In this document: positions 1-12,500 of the stretch, piece by piece
Position numbering within the stretch: the stretch's first letter is position 1
Layout: every line of letters begins with the position of its first letter
Assembly (NCBI GenBank): GCA_021613535.1
Contig: CP075493.1
Location: 9,424,001 to 9,488,000 of the forward strand
DNA from: Adineta vaga
Lineage: Eukaryota; Animalia; Rotifera
Length of the DNA: 64,000 nucleotides
Direction: 5' to 3'
Program-made: the position numbers and the translations under genes
The notes under the pieces: model-generated
Told to the model about the DNA's origin: nothing
What the model saw: the letters and a program-made list of their open reading frames with translations, nothing else
The model's database searches: none

Positions 1-321
1 CTGCTGCTCAAGACAACAGTTCAGGTAAATGAAATATTTATAGAAAATATTCGTTTATAATCTGATATCTTTACAATAGAGAATAATGATGATGATAAGA
101 AACAAAAACCATACGATCATGAACATGATTCTCATCATGATCATGACGCGACAATTTCTGTTGATGTTCATAATGTTCTCGATTTATTCAAACAAGAATT
201 ACAAGAAGTTGAAGAACGTATTATTCATGCAATTCATCATGGACATGATGATCATGATCATGCTCATCATAATTCAACTGCTGCTCCAGTTCTCAAATCA
301 TATCGCACAGCTTCACGTTAA
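1..321 (+). CDS. 3' end of a gene entering from the left; His/Asp-rich C-terminus, unknown product
   Basis: GT-AG intron 25-79; spliced frame reads ..AAQDNSSENNDDDKKQKPYDHEHDSHHDHDATISVDVHNVLDLFKQELQEVEERIIHAIHHGHDDHDHAHHNSTAAPVLKSYRTASR*, TAA at 319-321. Confidence 0.7.
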
Positions 322-396
322 AAACAAATCTCTTCAAAATATGTATATTGCAATAAGAAAAAGACAAAACAAAAGAACTTCAAGACATTTTTTTAG

Positions 397-3300
397 TCAA
401 TTCTCTATTTGATATTTAATATGATTTAAATTCATTTTAGCTTGATTTAGTTCTTGTTTTAGTAGTTGACATTCTTTTTCAGCTTGATTTCGTAACTAGA
501 ATAAAGACAAGTTTTAAAATAGAATTATTTTATCTTTTCTCCAACTTTTACTTTGATATCAGTTGATAATCGTAATTTAGCTTGATCAAGTTGAGAATGA
601 ATATTTTGCATCTCATGCTCCATGCGTGTCAATTGTAATAAAGATTTCTACAAGAAGAAAAATGAAAATGAAATTTTCAAAAAAGAAACTTATTTCCTAC
701 ACCAAGTTCTGCTTCTTTAGTATAACCCATTTCAATTGCATGTTTATATTCAGTCTCAATAGTTTGTTCAGTTTTCTTATGTAATCTCTCAAGTTCAGCA
801 GTGGATTGTGTGGATTGTAGTTCAATAGGGCCAGTTCGTTTCTTTTCTTGATAGTATTTTTTCTTCCATAAATCACGAGCTACGAACAACAATCAATAGA
901 ATCTTGAGAACAACAAACACAAAAAGAAACCTTCTTGTCGTCGTGACGTTAATCGATGATGAAGAGATTTTAATTGATGCACTGAGTCATCACGAGCTTT
1001 TTCAAGATCAATACGTCTTGTACGTGCATCATGAAGACGGATACGAAGACTTTTCGCTAAAGAAAAAATACATTAGTAAAGTACTTTTAACAACTAAAAT
1101 GTTTTCGTTGAAGAACTTTGAAAAAGAATTTCGATGGATGCAAAAAATGTTTACTATGTTAGAAAAATAAAGAATGTATGTAAATAGAATTTCAAGAATA
1201 AATGGTGCTTAATATACTTGTCGATGAAAAGATTTTATGAACAACTCCTCTCGATATGTCGATCAACATATGTAGAACAGATGTTTAATGGAAAATATCA
1301 AAGGTCATCGAGAAAGATTATGACTACAAGTACTCATTTATCCTTCAGAATCATAGTTAAACATCGAGAATGAAGAAAAGAAGCAGATCAGTTGAGTCAA
1401 AAGAAATACATACGATCATCACGGGATAATTCTAATTCTCGTCGTTGTCGTTCTTTTATTTCTTTTAAGTTTTGTTTCTCTTCTCGAGCTTGTTGACGTC
1501 GTTGTACTTCACCGGCTCGTCGTTCCAATTCATACCTTATTTTTTGAAATTAAAAAAAGTAGAAATTCATTCCAGAATAAGAAATGATCAATTTTGCACT
1601 TACACAACATACAAACATCAATACAACTATACATTTATATTACTCACGTCTTCTCGTTATCATTTATATCCGGTGTTGAAATCTGTACTAACTCGTCTTC
1701 AGGAGGACGAATTTTAGTTACGGTTGCAGTTCGATTATTCTCAATATCAGATTTTCTTGATGAACAAATCTTTTCATCTATTTTTTGAGATTTTGATGAA
1801 AGTTTTCCTTCTGATTTCATTGATGATAATAATGATGATGAATTAGACTGTATACTATGTCGATGTTCTTTGATTAAAATTCTTGTTTCAGCTCGAGATA
1901 TATGAACCTCATCTTCTGATGTCGATCCAATTGATGATGATCGCGATAAAATTTCACTATTGAAAGATATTCGGAAGATAAGAAAAGGCAAACAAGAATG
2001 AAGTTCAACGAAACATCACAACATCTATGTATTGATTTTAGACGAACAAATACAATATGAACATGAATAACAAACCCATCAGATAATTCATCATCATTAA
2101 TATCAATTTTTTTCTCATTTTCTATAGATTTTTCAATGATTGTATTACTATTTGCTGATGAGTTTCGAGAATCATTCTTAATCAAACTGAACAAAGACAT
2201 ATTGAGATTAATTTAAATTAGTTTTAAATGAACAATTAGATCACTCTTTACTTTATTTGACGTTCTCGAAATGCTTGTCGTTCTGTAAAAGTACGATATG
2301 TAGTTTGACTTTTCGTTGCTATTGCATCATGACTAGCACGACGTTGTTGTTCTATTTCAATTTTTGCTGGTTCACGACGTTCAGATTGAACCTTTTCTCG
2401 GCGAACTGGTACAGACTGCACTTTCTCTTGACGACGTGGCTCGTAAGATATCTTCTCTTGTGGACGAGATTCATTTATTCTACGTTCTGATTGTATTTTT
2501 TCTTGTCGATAACGTTCAATTGGTATTTTTTCTTGACGGCGAGGCTCAAAGGGTATCTTCTCTTGACGACGAGGCTCAGAGAGTACTTTCTCTTGACGAC
2601 GAGGCTCAGAGAGTACTTTCTCTTGACGACGAGGCTCAGGTAGTAGTTTTTCGTGACGACGAGGTTCGTTCTCTTTACGTTCTGATTGTATTTTCTCTTG
2701 ACGACGAGGATGTTGATTTGTTTTATCACGTTTCAACTGAAGTTTTTTCTCTTCTGCATTTCGACGCATTTGCTCTAATTCAGCTTGACGTTTACGAAGA
2801 CGTTCTTGTTCGTCTTTCAATTTGGATAAGCTCCTAAATAACAAGAAAATAGTATTTATTTCCTCTCTGACATGCAGCAATCTAAGAAATAAAAAGTTTA
2901 CCTAGATGTCGTATGCGTTGTAATAGATACTCTATACAAACAAAGTGCTAATAGATATTATTAGTTAGCCCATTTTTTCTTACTTTGAAGCTGACGAATC
3001 ATCTGAATCTAAAAAGAATGAAATGAAATGTTTTTATACGATGATATAAGTTTTATTTGAAATTACCTGAATCGATTTTTGGATTTCTTTCCCGACTGTT
3101 CTTCCGTGGTAATCGATGGTAAGATCTTGAACTATGTGTTTTAATTTTTGGTAGTTTACTTCTATCTGTACGTCGTGGTTTTCGTTGATATCGATGAGAA
3201 TATGTCAATGGTGATTGAACATCATTATTCAAATGAAAACGATTACCAAATACATAACTTACAGAAGAAACGATTGGCGAAGGAGATGGAAGATACGTAT

Positions 3301-3992
3301 AATCATCATGACGACCTTCGAGAAGATAGATCTATGAAAATCAAGTGTTCAGATTAGTGTTAGTGTATGTTTTTCTTTAGAATACATTGAAGATTGTTTA
3401 CCTCAGGTGCAGATGTCTAAAAATAATAAATGATCTTATTGTTAAAATTTAATCGAACAAAAAACAAGAAAGATTATCACCTCAGGTGGTCGATAATTTT
3501 TAACTTTTAATTCATTTTCTTGATTAGATTTAACTTTGGTAAAACATCGTCCAACAGATCGTAGAAAAATAAAATCCTGTGGAAAATATGCCTCAATTCC
3601 ACATGCTTTCTTAATCGAGTTTCGTAAATGATGTAATTTCGTTTCCGGTTGAACACTGAATTTAACATAATTAATTAAATTCAACAAAACAAAAAGATCA
3701 AATTTATTTACCGAACAAAACCAGCAGATACGGCATCACTAACCGCATCATTCTCTGCTAAATGTTGAATATTTCTCCATATCGATTTTGGAATCAGATA
3801 TATATGTAAATCAACTAGCTAGATATATACGAAAGAAGAAGTATGAAATATACGTGTTTTCTCCATGTAGATACAAAATACTTTTGAAGAATCTGGACGA
3901 GTTGTTATGATATAACTATCTTCGGAATGGTTCATTTGAAAAGAATTTGATAATAAATTGAGGTGCTCATTTTCTAAACGTGTTTGCAGCAT
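397..3992 (-). CDS. SPATA1: Spermatogenesis-associated protein 1-like, multi-exon
   Basis: N-terminal exons read RPDSSK|LVDLHIYLIPKSIW..VSAGFVR..VQPETKLHHLR..FIFLRSVGRCFTKVKSNQENELKVKNYRPP; C-terminal exons read RDLWKKKYYQEKKRT..LRNQAEKECQLLKQEL. Both ends resemble the conserved SPATA1 blocks as I recall them. Central exons are low-complexity/coiled-coil and their boundaries are not resolved. Confidence 0.75.
2420..2710 (-). repeat. Coding ~33-bp tandem repeat (EPRRQEKVLS-type units) inside the SPATA1-like gene
   Basis: Repeated tctcttgacgacgaggctcagagagtactt on the + strand; ORF 2248..2880 shows about 8 RRQEK-like units. Confidence 0.9.
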
Positions 3993-4674
3993 AATAGTTG
4001 TTTTTTTTCTCACTCACTAGTCAATTTGTTTTACTCAATTATAAACGAACAATGATTTATATATTTCTATGCGTGATTAGTTTCTTCAATTCTTTTCTTT
4101 TTCTTTACTTCGAGTTTTTCTTTCTTTTAACAAACTTCTAATGAATGCCATGTTTCTTTTCTTCATGACAACTTAATGTATTGACATACACATAAATAAA
4201 TTTCTTCTTTTTTCCTTTCTTTTCTTTTATTTAAACGATTTAAATACTTTTAATAGGAATTGTGTTCTTATTCATTTGCATTTTGTCTTCTTCAATTATT
4301 TGTACTAGTCAATTTTCTTTTTCGTCTTTCCTTTTAAATTTATCGTCATCAATGATTGTTTTCTACACAAACAATTCAATCTCAAAATCACTACACTTCA
4401 AGTAAAAATAGTAAAGAGAAAGATTTTGTTTGATTCAAGTGATGAGTTTATCGACCCAAAAGATGAATTCAACAAAACAGTTTATTTGTTGATCAATACG
4501 ACATTGAGTGGGCGAACATATCTGTAAGATAAGAGATTCTAAGTGGATGAGAGGCGAACAACAGCAGAACAGAAAGATAAATTCATTTGTATTTATACAT
4601 ATGCGTATAAAGACAAAACGTTACTTATCATATTTGTCCTTCGATTGTACAAAACAACAGTTACAATATATCAA

Positions 4675-4969
4675 ATGGCAAACAATCGTATTTTTGGTAG
4701 AAAGTTTAAAATGATCGTAAAATTTATATTCATGATTCTTTTTTTTCTTCTTCTTAGTATATTTAACAATGTTATTAATGATGTGTATTTTGATTGAACA
4801 ATCGTCTGGAATTTATGTCGATTGTCAAGCACGTTGTATGTTAACTTCACGACGTGAACGAAATCGTGAGACTTTACAAATGTGCCGTGATGAATGTGAA
4901 TTAATTGAATTACTTCAACAAGAAGATACACGAGAAGGCAAACATCATCGATATAGACTATACAATTAA
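4675..4969 (+). CDS. Small secreted Cys-motif peptide (signal peptide + CX3C-X15-CX3C)
   Basis: ATG 4675, intron 4697-4757; spliced MANNRIFVYLTMLLMMCILIEQSSG-IYVDCQARCMLTSRRERNRETLQMCRDECELIELLQQEDTREGKHHRYRLYN*. Confidence 0.7.
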
Positions 4970-5741
4970 AAAAGAAAATTATGTTTTGTCGAAACAATAT
5001 TCTTTTTCTTTTGTTTATAATCTATTCATATAGAGTTCAAAGTCTGCCTATGTGTGTGTGTGTGTGTATTTGTAAAACCAGCCAGCCGGTTTGTAATTGT
5101 AATTTCATTGTATGCACGTAAGATTCACCTAATAAAGAATTTGCAAAAAATTGTATGTTTAAATTATTGATTGAATTTTATAATTGTAATAGGACATTCA
5201 AAGGTTAAAGATAAGTTTATCTATCGAGGTGACGAAATGAAATTTCCAGATTGTTAATTAATAGACAGTCCAGTCTAATTTGATTTAGTTGAGAGATTCT
5301 ATCCAAAGGTTTCATCACGAATTATCTTTAATTGATTACTTATATATGCGTAGAAGTCGTATGAAAAAGAAAACAGTACTTTTTTTTGCAAAGACAATTA
5401 GAACTAAATGACAGATTCTATTTATTAAAGAGTAAACATCTGTTTTTGCATTAAGCAAATATACCAGAATAGAAATCCATTTTCTTCCATATAGATGAAA
5501 AACATATGATGATATGGTACCAAGAAAACTCGATTAGATTGCGCATCTCATATGACAGATCTTATGAGTTTTATCCATGGCAAAACTGTTGAATATTCTT
5601 CATTGTTGACATCAATAGATAGATATAGTCGACTTTTGCTTGAATAAGATTAGTCATGTTCATTTCGAATGTAAATAACAATCTCGACAATCGATTACAT
5701 TTAATCATACAGCAAATGTTCGATTTCATGATTATAATACG

Positions 5742-6178
5742 ATGATCGTTAAACAATTATCTGAACCATGGTTTTCTTTGATTTATTGTGGAAAAAAGAC
5801 AATAGAAATTCGTCTTGATAAAGGTTATTTTCATGAATTAAAACCTTATGATAAAAGTAAATAAAACTTTCTTTTCATCTAGAAAATTTATTTTGTTTTT
5901 CTAGTTGAATTTTTCAATGATGAACTTGGTTTTAATATTCGTCGAAAATTGTGTGACGTGTGCTGTCGATTGAACAGTTTGATACACTTGAATTTGCATT
6001 AGAAAAACATCTTACACATGCTTTACCAACGATTAAATCAATTGAATTTGGTTGTGAAATCTTGAAAAAATTATTTTCAATTGATAGTACTACAGAGAAA
6101 TATTCTATTTTAGCTATAAATATTCAACGAATTAGTGCATTAATCAATGAATTATGTACGTCTACAACTTCCTGTTAG
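5742..6178 (+). pseudogene. ASCH-domain protein with a 1-nt frameshift (pseudogene or assembly indel)
   Basis: MIVKQLSEPWFSLIYCGKKTIEIRLDKGYFHELKPYDK|IEFFNDELGFNIRRKLC / RVLSIEQFDTLEFALEKHLTHALPTIKSIEFGCEIL..KYSILAINI; GxKxxExR ASCH motif; intron 5857-5904; frame change near 5955. Confidence 0.75.
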
Positions 6179-6282
6179 TTCTTTTCTGGGTTTTTTTAAA
6201 CGAAAGAAATGAATTTTCTTTTTTCGAATATGAAATAAAAGTATCGATAACTAATAAGTTCGATTAATATGTTATATATTTT

Positions 6283-6318
6283 ATGAATGAATGAATGAAT
6301 GAATGAATGAATGAATGA
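6283..6318 (+). repeat. (ATGA)n microsatellite
   Basis: atgaatgaatga... about 9 units. Confidence 0.95.
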
Positions 6319-6534
6319 TTCAGACTCCTATATACTTCCGCTGTTCATCTTAGAATTCAACTGAATACTTGGTTTCAAATCTATAAGCAAACATCGCGTA
6401 GAATAGTTTATGTTATTCTTTTATTCGCTGCTTAGATCGGTGATTGAATTCAAAAGCAACAACAAACAATCTATGATGATGGTAACAAAATACTTTTCTT
6501 TTTTTCTATAAACATTCGTTTGGTATTATTCATT

Positions 6535-7523
6535 CTAATATCCGAAGTTTCCTGGCATTCCACCTTGTATTGGTGGCTGTTGCATATGTTGTTGTGGTTG
6601 TTGTTGTTGTTGTTGAGGTGGTAATTGTTGTGGATGACCAATTTGTGGAGGTAACTATCAGAGAAAAGACAATAGAATTGAATTATTTTAAATTGAAATT
6701 TCATTTTACTGGTTCAACTTTTCGTTCTTTTGGTTCAGAATATGGAGTAACAATAGGTGTTTCATCTTTTGGTTGAACAATTGAAATATGATCTGGTAAT
6801 GGTTTTTTCGCGCCTTTGCCTTCTTTGGTATCGTAGGGTAACATAATTTTAACCTTAATACCAAGTACACCTTGACGTAAGAGAACGTGTCGAACAGCAT
6901 ATTGCACATAATCATTAACCGGATCACCAGAATGAATCATTAAACCATCGATAAATTTCATTGCTTTAGCACGTTGACCACGTAATTTACCTGAGACGAT
7001 AATTTCGCAACCTTGGGCACCGGATTCCATAATAAAACGTAAAACACCATAGCATGCACTATGAAATGAAAAGAAACGAACGAATTATTTTTCTTTTCAG
7101 TTTATGTTAATCTTACCGTCGTACTGGAAGTCCACCCATAAGTTTATAACGTAATGATTCGGCTTGTGCGATTGCACATAAACCACGTGAGACAACTTTT
7201 TGTGCGAACAATTCAATGGAATTTTCTGGGTAACCAAAACGTTTTTGAATAACTGAGGTTAATTCTCGAATACGGCGACCTTTTTCACCAAGGACTTGTT
7301 GAGTTTTCGTGGCCATAATGATAATTTCTGTTCGTTGTGGTGTTACACGAACTTCAAGACCAGAATAACCATCTTCAGCTAATTCACGGGTGAAGAATTC
7401 ATTCAATTCAGCATGGAAAACACCTTCGCGAATAAACTAAAATAAAATATATCAAAAAAGATTATATTGCAATTCAAACAAATTTACTTTGCGTTTTTTC
7501 GAGATATTAGCTGTTGTAGCCAT
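6535..7523 (-). CDS. RPS3: 40S ribosomal protein S3 (uS3), 4 coding exons
   Basis: [12 protein letters not shown]|[88 protein letters not shown]; last exon [39 protein letters not shown]. Confidence 0.98.
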
Positions 7524-8449
7524 ATTTTTATGATCTAAATTTTGATCTAAAAAACACACCACAAGTAGAAGTAGGTATTAATGCTAGGGAAAAAAGAGAG
7601 ATTTATATTATAAACAATACAAAATAATGATGAAGAAGGATTGGAATTATATTATTGGTAATTAAACAGAACAAATGATGGATTCATAAGTCTGATGAAC
7701 CACTCTTGGAAAATATTTATTTCATAGTTCTAAACATGATTGTATTTTAATAATAAAATATTCAAGAAAATAAAATAGATTAACGTACAAGGGAGGACAA
7801 ACAAACATCTGAAATTCAAAGATTCTATCGATAGAGTATGACATCTATCGTCGAAATTGTCATCACTATTTTATATTCAATACGGTCAATGACTTTTTCA
7901 TCATTTTCTTGAATATATATTGCGTCATGAACGAAAGATATCTTCAACAATAATTCGAAATACAACGAAACATTCTTCTTGTAAAGAGGAAAAGACCACA
8001 ATTGTTTATTCTCATTCGGAGAAAGAATGTTTAATACATTCAATAAAACTTGATAGAATAGATTTTTCTCTATTGAAATTTACAGGTAGAAATATTATTT
8101 TATGACAAGCATAAATCGGAAGTATTGGTCTTTCAAAATATTTTATAATATGACACATCGTAGTTATTTATTTGATATTATTGGAAATATCTGACAAAAA
8201 CTAGTAGTGTTACAATGATTCATAATGTCATCAGTAAAAATAAATATTGAATCACTCGTGTAACCTTCAGTAGATAAAACGCTACTTTTCAATTTCATTC
8301 TTAATCTTTTCGCGCTAATAAGAAGCTCACACCTGAAACAAACTGGAAACAGTGAATCGTATACGTATTGATTTTGTATACTAATAACGACTTATTGAAC
8401 AACTACAGGAGAAACCAATATATTCACTGCAGAATCCAATACAAATTTG

Positions 8450-9031
8450 ATGTCTGTGATTGCTGAAGATTGTCTGCTGCCACCTATTCTTTCTGATAAT
8501 CATCAATTATATCCATGGCGTGTGATAAGTAAAGGTTTAAACATTGAAGGCCCTTGTATAAATGCTGATTGTCTCGCTTATAATCAAATGGTAATTATCA
8601 ATATAGGCTTTGGTGAATATGATCTTTCACGTTTGATTCTTCAGCGACAAAATCGATGTTCTATGTGTGATCAGAAAATTCATCCAGTTCAATATGCTTT
8701 AAATCAATGTCAATGGTGGTATGTAGATCATTATAGTACTTGTACATATGCTTTACATACAGTTAATGATACTTATGAACTAAATGAAATGAAATGTGAA
8801 TATAGAATTATGGAAATCATGCCATTATCAACTATTTATTGTCGACCCATATCATCACCAGAACTAACATGTCCTATTTGCTTGAATACTGTTGGAAATG
8901 ATCATGAAATAATTTATCTTCGTTGTTCACATAGTTTCCATCGAGATTGTATCAATGAATGGTTAAAATCGAATCGATCAATGGCAAATACATGTCCAAT
9001 TTGTCGAGAATACATTGCAGAAAGATATTGA
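8450..9031 (+). CDS. Intronless RING-H2 finger protein with an N-terminal Cys-rich domain (putative E3 ligase)
   Basis: C-terminal CPIC..CSHSFHRDCINEW..CPIC fits C3H2C3; N-terminal WRVISKGLNIEGPCINADCLAYNQMVIINIG..CSMC. Confidence 0.85.
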   Translation: MSVIAEDCLLPPILSDNHQLYPWRVISKGLNIEGPCINADCLAYNQMVIINIGFGEYDLSRLILQRQNRCSMCDQKIHPVQYALNQCQWWYVDHYSTCTYALHTVNDTYELNEMKCEYRIMEIMPLSTIYCRPISSPELTCPICLNTVGNDHEIIYLRCSHSFHRDCINEWLKSNRSMANTCPICREYIAERY

Positions 9032-9511
9032 ACGTGTTCATTGTGATTTGTTCTATCACATTTCAATAGTTTCATCTAGTCAGACAGATTATTTCACAAT
9101 ATTACATGAAGTAAAAATGACAATCTAAACACTATAATGTATAAATAATTCAAATGTATTCCAGAGAAATTTTCTAATAGTAAATATTACGATGGAATCC
9201 CGCTTTTATTTGACTTCAAAGTCAAATGATTTATCTTATTTACTATAATAAAATGCAGTTGTCTCAATTTTAATCTTGAACTCTAACATCTCCGCATTCA
9301 GATACAAAAAATCTAAGATACATTTGTGGATATAATCAGGATGTTAGCTATACATTTAGAAGACATATAGACATATGTGAATATATTTTTTATTACTTCA
9401 AACAATCAAGATCTACAGTTAAGATGGATCAGCAATTGTAATATATGTTTTGTACGACCAATTTCGTTTTTATACAAAAGTTTAGCAGACAAAATAGGTA
9501 CGCTGCATGTA

Positions 9512-12500
9512 TCACCAAGCGATTTTTGCGGCAATACCTCGAGGGTATTTTCTAATACACCATTTTCTAAATTCATCAAGCAGTAGCCATAACATGCCAA
9601 ATCCTAGTGTTGGCATCACATATTTCACAGGCACTGGTGCCGTATGAAAAACACGATTGAACCAACCAATTTGAGTTACTAATATTTGAATAACGATTGA
9701 AATAAATATAGCACCAAAAGCGTACCAATTTCGTCCTTTACCCCAAAATGGATTATGTTGCAGAATCGATGTGTATCGAGTACGAGTAGCAAAATAATTG
9801 AAAAATTGAAACAAACAAACTGAACAATAATATATTGATTGAGCAACAAATGACATCTCTGTCAATTGTGCAACCGAATAGGGTGTCACAGGATCGATAC
9901 CAAATTTCTCATAAGTGAACATAAATGAATAGAATGGAACATGATTATCAATCCAATAATAACAGAAACAGAAGAAACCTGTAAAACATTCTAGATTACC
10001 AACAAACATGTAAGCATGAAAGAGTAGTTTTATGTTGAGTAAATGATCTTTTGATCGAATAGCAGGTGGACGAGACATGATATCACGTTCAGGTTTCTCT
10101 GTTACCATAGCCAGTGACAGAAACACATCTGTGAGATAAAACAAATAGGACTTTGTAGATAAAAGTAAATATACAATTCACACGATACATACCGTTGAGC
10201 ATACAAAATACAATAGCAAGGAAAGCAGATAACGCCAGAGGCATGCCAAACCATAAACTAAAAAATACTGGCCAAATTTGTGACCAAGAACCTAGAGACA
10301 AAGTGAAAACATTTCAAATAAACCAAAAAGAGACGATAATAAAGGTACCTCCAGGTAGAAGATAAACAGCAACTTTCTTCAAATTATCACTTAACAAACG
10401 ACCTGTTTCAATTCCTTGGATAATCGATGCAAAATTATTGTCTAACAATATCATATCACCAGCTTCTTTCGATACTTCAGTTCCCGATTGCATTGCAACA
10501 CCAAGATGAGCACATTTCAATGCAGGTGCATCATTTGTACCATCACCTGTCACTGCAACAATCTCAGCACGTCGTTGAAACTCACTGACAATACGAAGCT
10601 TTTGTTCTGGTGTTGTTCGTGCAAAGACTAGTTCTTGATGTGATAATACCCAGTCCCACATGAAATCGTCCATATAATTGATATCAGCACCAGCAACAAC
10701 AATTGCATATGGAATATATTCCATTTTGTCCGTTGGTTCGATGTCAGTTTCTGGTTCTTTGAATTGATTTCGAATCGATTGCCATGCACGACGATACCAT
10801 GGCAAAACTTCAGGAACGATTTCACCAGCCGCAATTGATGCTCGTCGCTGTATTTCACGTGCATTTTTTGACAACGAATCGGTTCGTTTGACTTCGCCTG
10901 GTTCATGTTGTTGGATGAGTTTGTCATTTCGATAAAGATTGAGCATGGATTTTCCGTTTGCATCTCTTTCAAGTTTGAATGTGTCGACTCCGTTCATGTC
11001 AGCGATTTCCGGTGTGAGAATGTTAACTTGTTTTGCGATGGCTTTGGCAGTTGTTGGATGATCACCAGTGACCATGGCAACTCGAATGTGAGCTTGTCGA
11101 GCTTTGATGACAGCGTCGGGTACTTCGGGTCGTGGTGGGTCGAGTAATGAAAAGAGACCGATGAAACAATAATTGTTGGAAGCGAAACCATTAAAATCTT
11201 CATCTTGACCGGAAGGATTTGCACGTTGTTGATCTTTATATTTTTGCATCATAGTATCATATTCTTCACGTGTGTATCGTAATTGACACATAGCAATAAC
11301 ACGATACCCGTTCTTACCTAATATTTCTTGTCGACTAAATAATGTCTTCTTCATCTCATTATCTAATGGAACAATCTCATTAGTACTTTTTTTATATGTT
11401 GAACAGCGTTGAATGATAATATCTGGTGCACCTTTCATTGTTACTAGAACAGTGCGATCTTTTTCGGATTTCGAACCATCTAATATCTCCAATTGATTAG
11501 CGGTAATCATAAATTTATTTGTTGAATTAAATGGTAAAACTTTCAAACGTGGATTAATATTTCGTACTTTCTCAATATGAACAGAGCATTGATCCGCACA
11601 AAGATTATACAGAGCAGTATCAGCTGCATCCCCGACAAGCTGTAGCTTTGATTTCGTTTCTACATTATCATGATCTAATTCAATATCTTTAACGGTTCGT
11701 TTTTCAGCATTATTACAGAGTACAGCACCAAGTAAAAGGTCACGAAATGGTTGAATTGTAATATCATTTGGTTTTTCATCTTCCTCAACTTTTTCAGCAA
11801 TTTTATCGACCAAAGGCATCCGTTCCGATTCATCACGACTGCCCGTAGATAGTTTACGTACGAATTCCATTGTACTATCAGAAAGACGACGAACTAAATT
11901 GATAGCATCAGTGGATATACGACGTAATACGTGAAAAACACTATTTTCTTCTTCTTCAAGTTTTCGTTTTGACAGTGGTGCTTTGTAAACTCCATCAATA
12001 TCCCATAAGAGATGTGTAACAGTCATTTTATTTTGTGTTAATGTGCCAGTTTTATCGGTAGCAATTACAGAAACAGCATTGAATGTTTCAACTATTTGTA
12101 AACTTTTCACTAACACACGTTGTCGATACATTTGCTGAGCAACAACAGTTAATGCTAATCAAGGAAAATGAAAGAATATACTATATCGTGTAGAATACTG
12201 TCTATTCATGCTCGATAGGAACTGAAAAAATAATATATAAATCTATTCTCTCTTACCTAATGTAACAGCCGATGGTAAACCCATTGGTAAAAATGCAACG
12301 ATCATACCAATAGAATTTACAATGTTCGCATTGAAAGTGACAAATCCATGATGCGTACGATTTAACCATACTGCCCATGTTATCCATAGAATTATAATGG
12401 CTACAATGGTGGAAAGAACCACAAACAGTACGAATCGATTCACTTCACGATGTAGACCTGTCACTTCATCACCTGAACTTCCACGCGTTAATTTCGACAT

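Noticed and set aside
2420-2710. 33-bp repeats as a CRISPR-like array
   Set aside because: No unique spacers; head-to-tail units that are a multiple of 3 inside a coding exon of a eukaryotic gene
5954-5956. TGA as selenocysteine or readthrough in the ASCH gene
   Set aside because: That frame has another stop at 5933, and homology upstream lies in a different frame, so it is a frameshift
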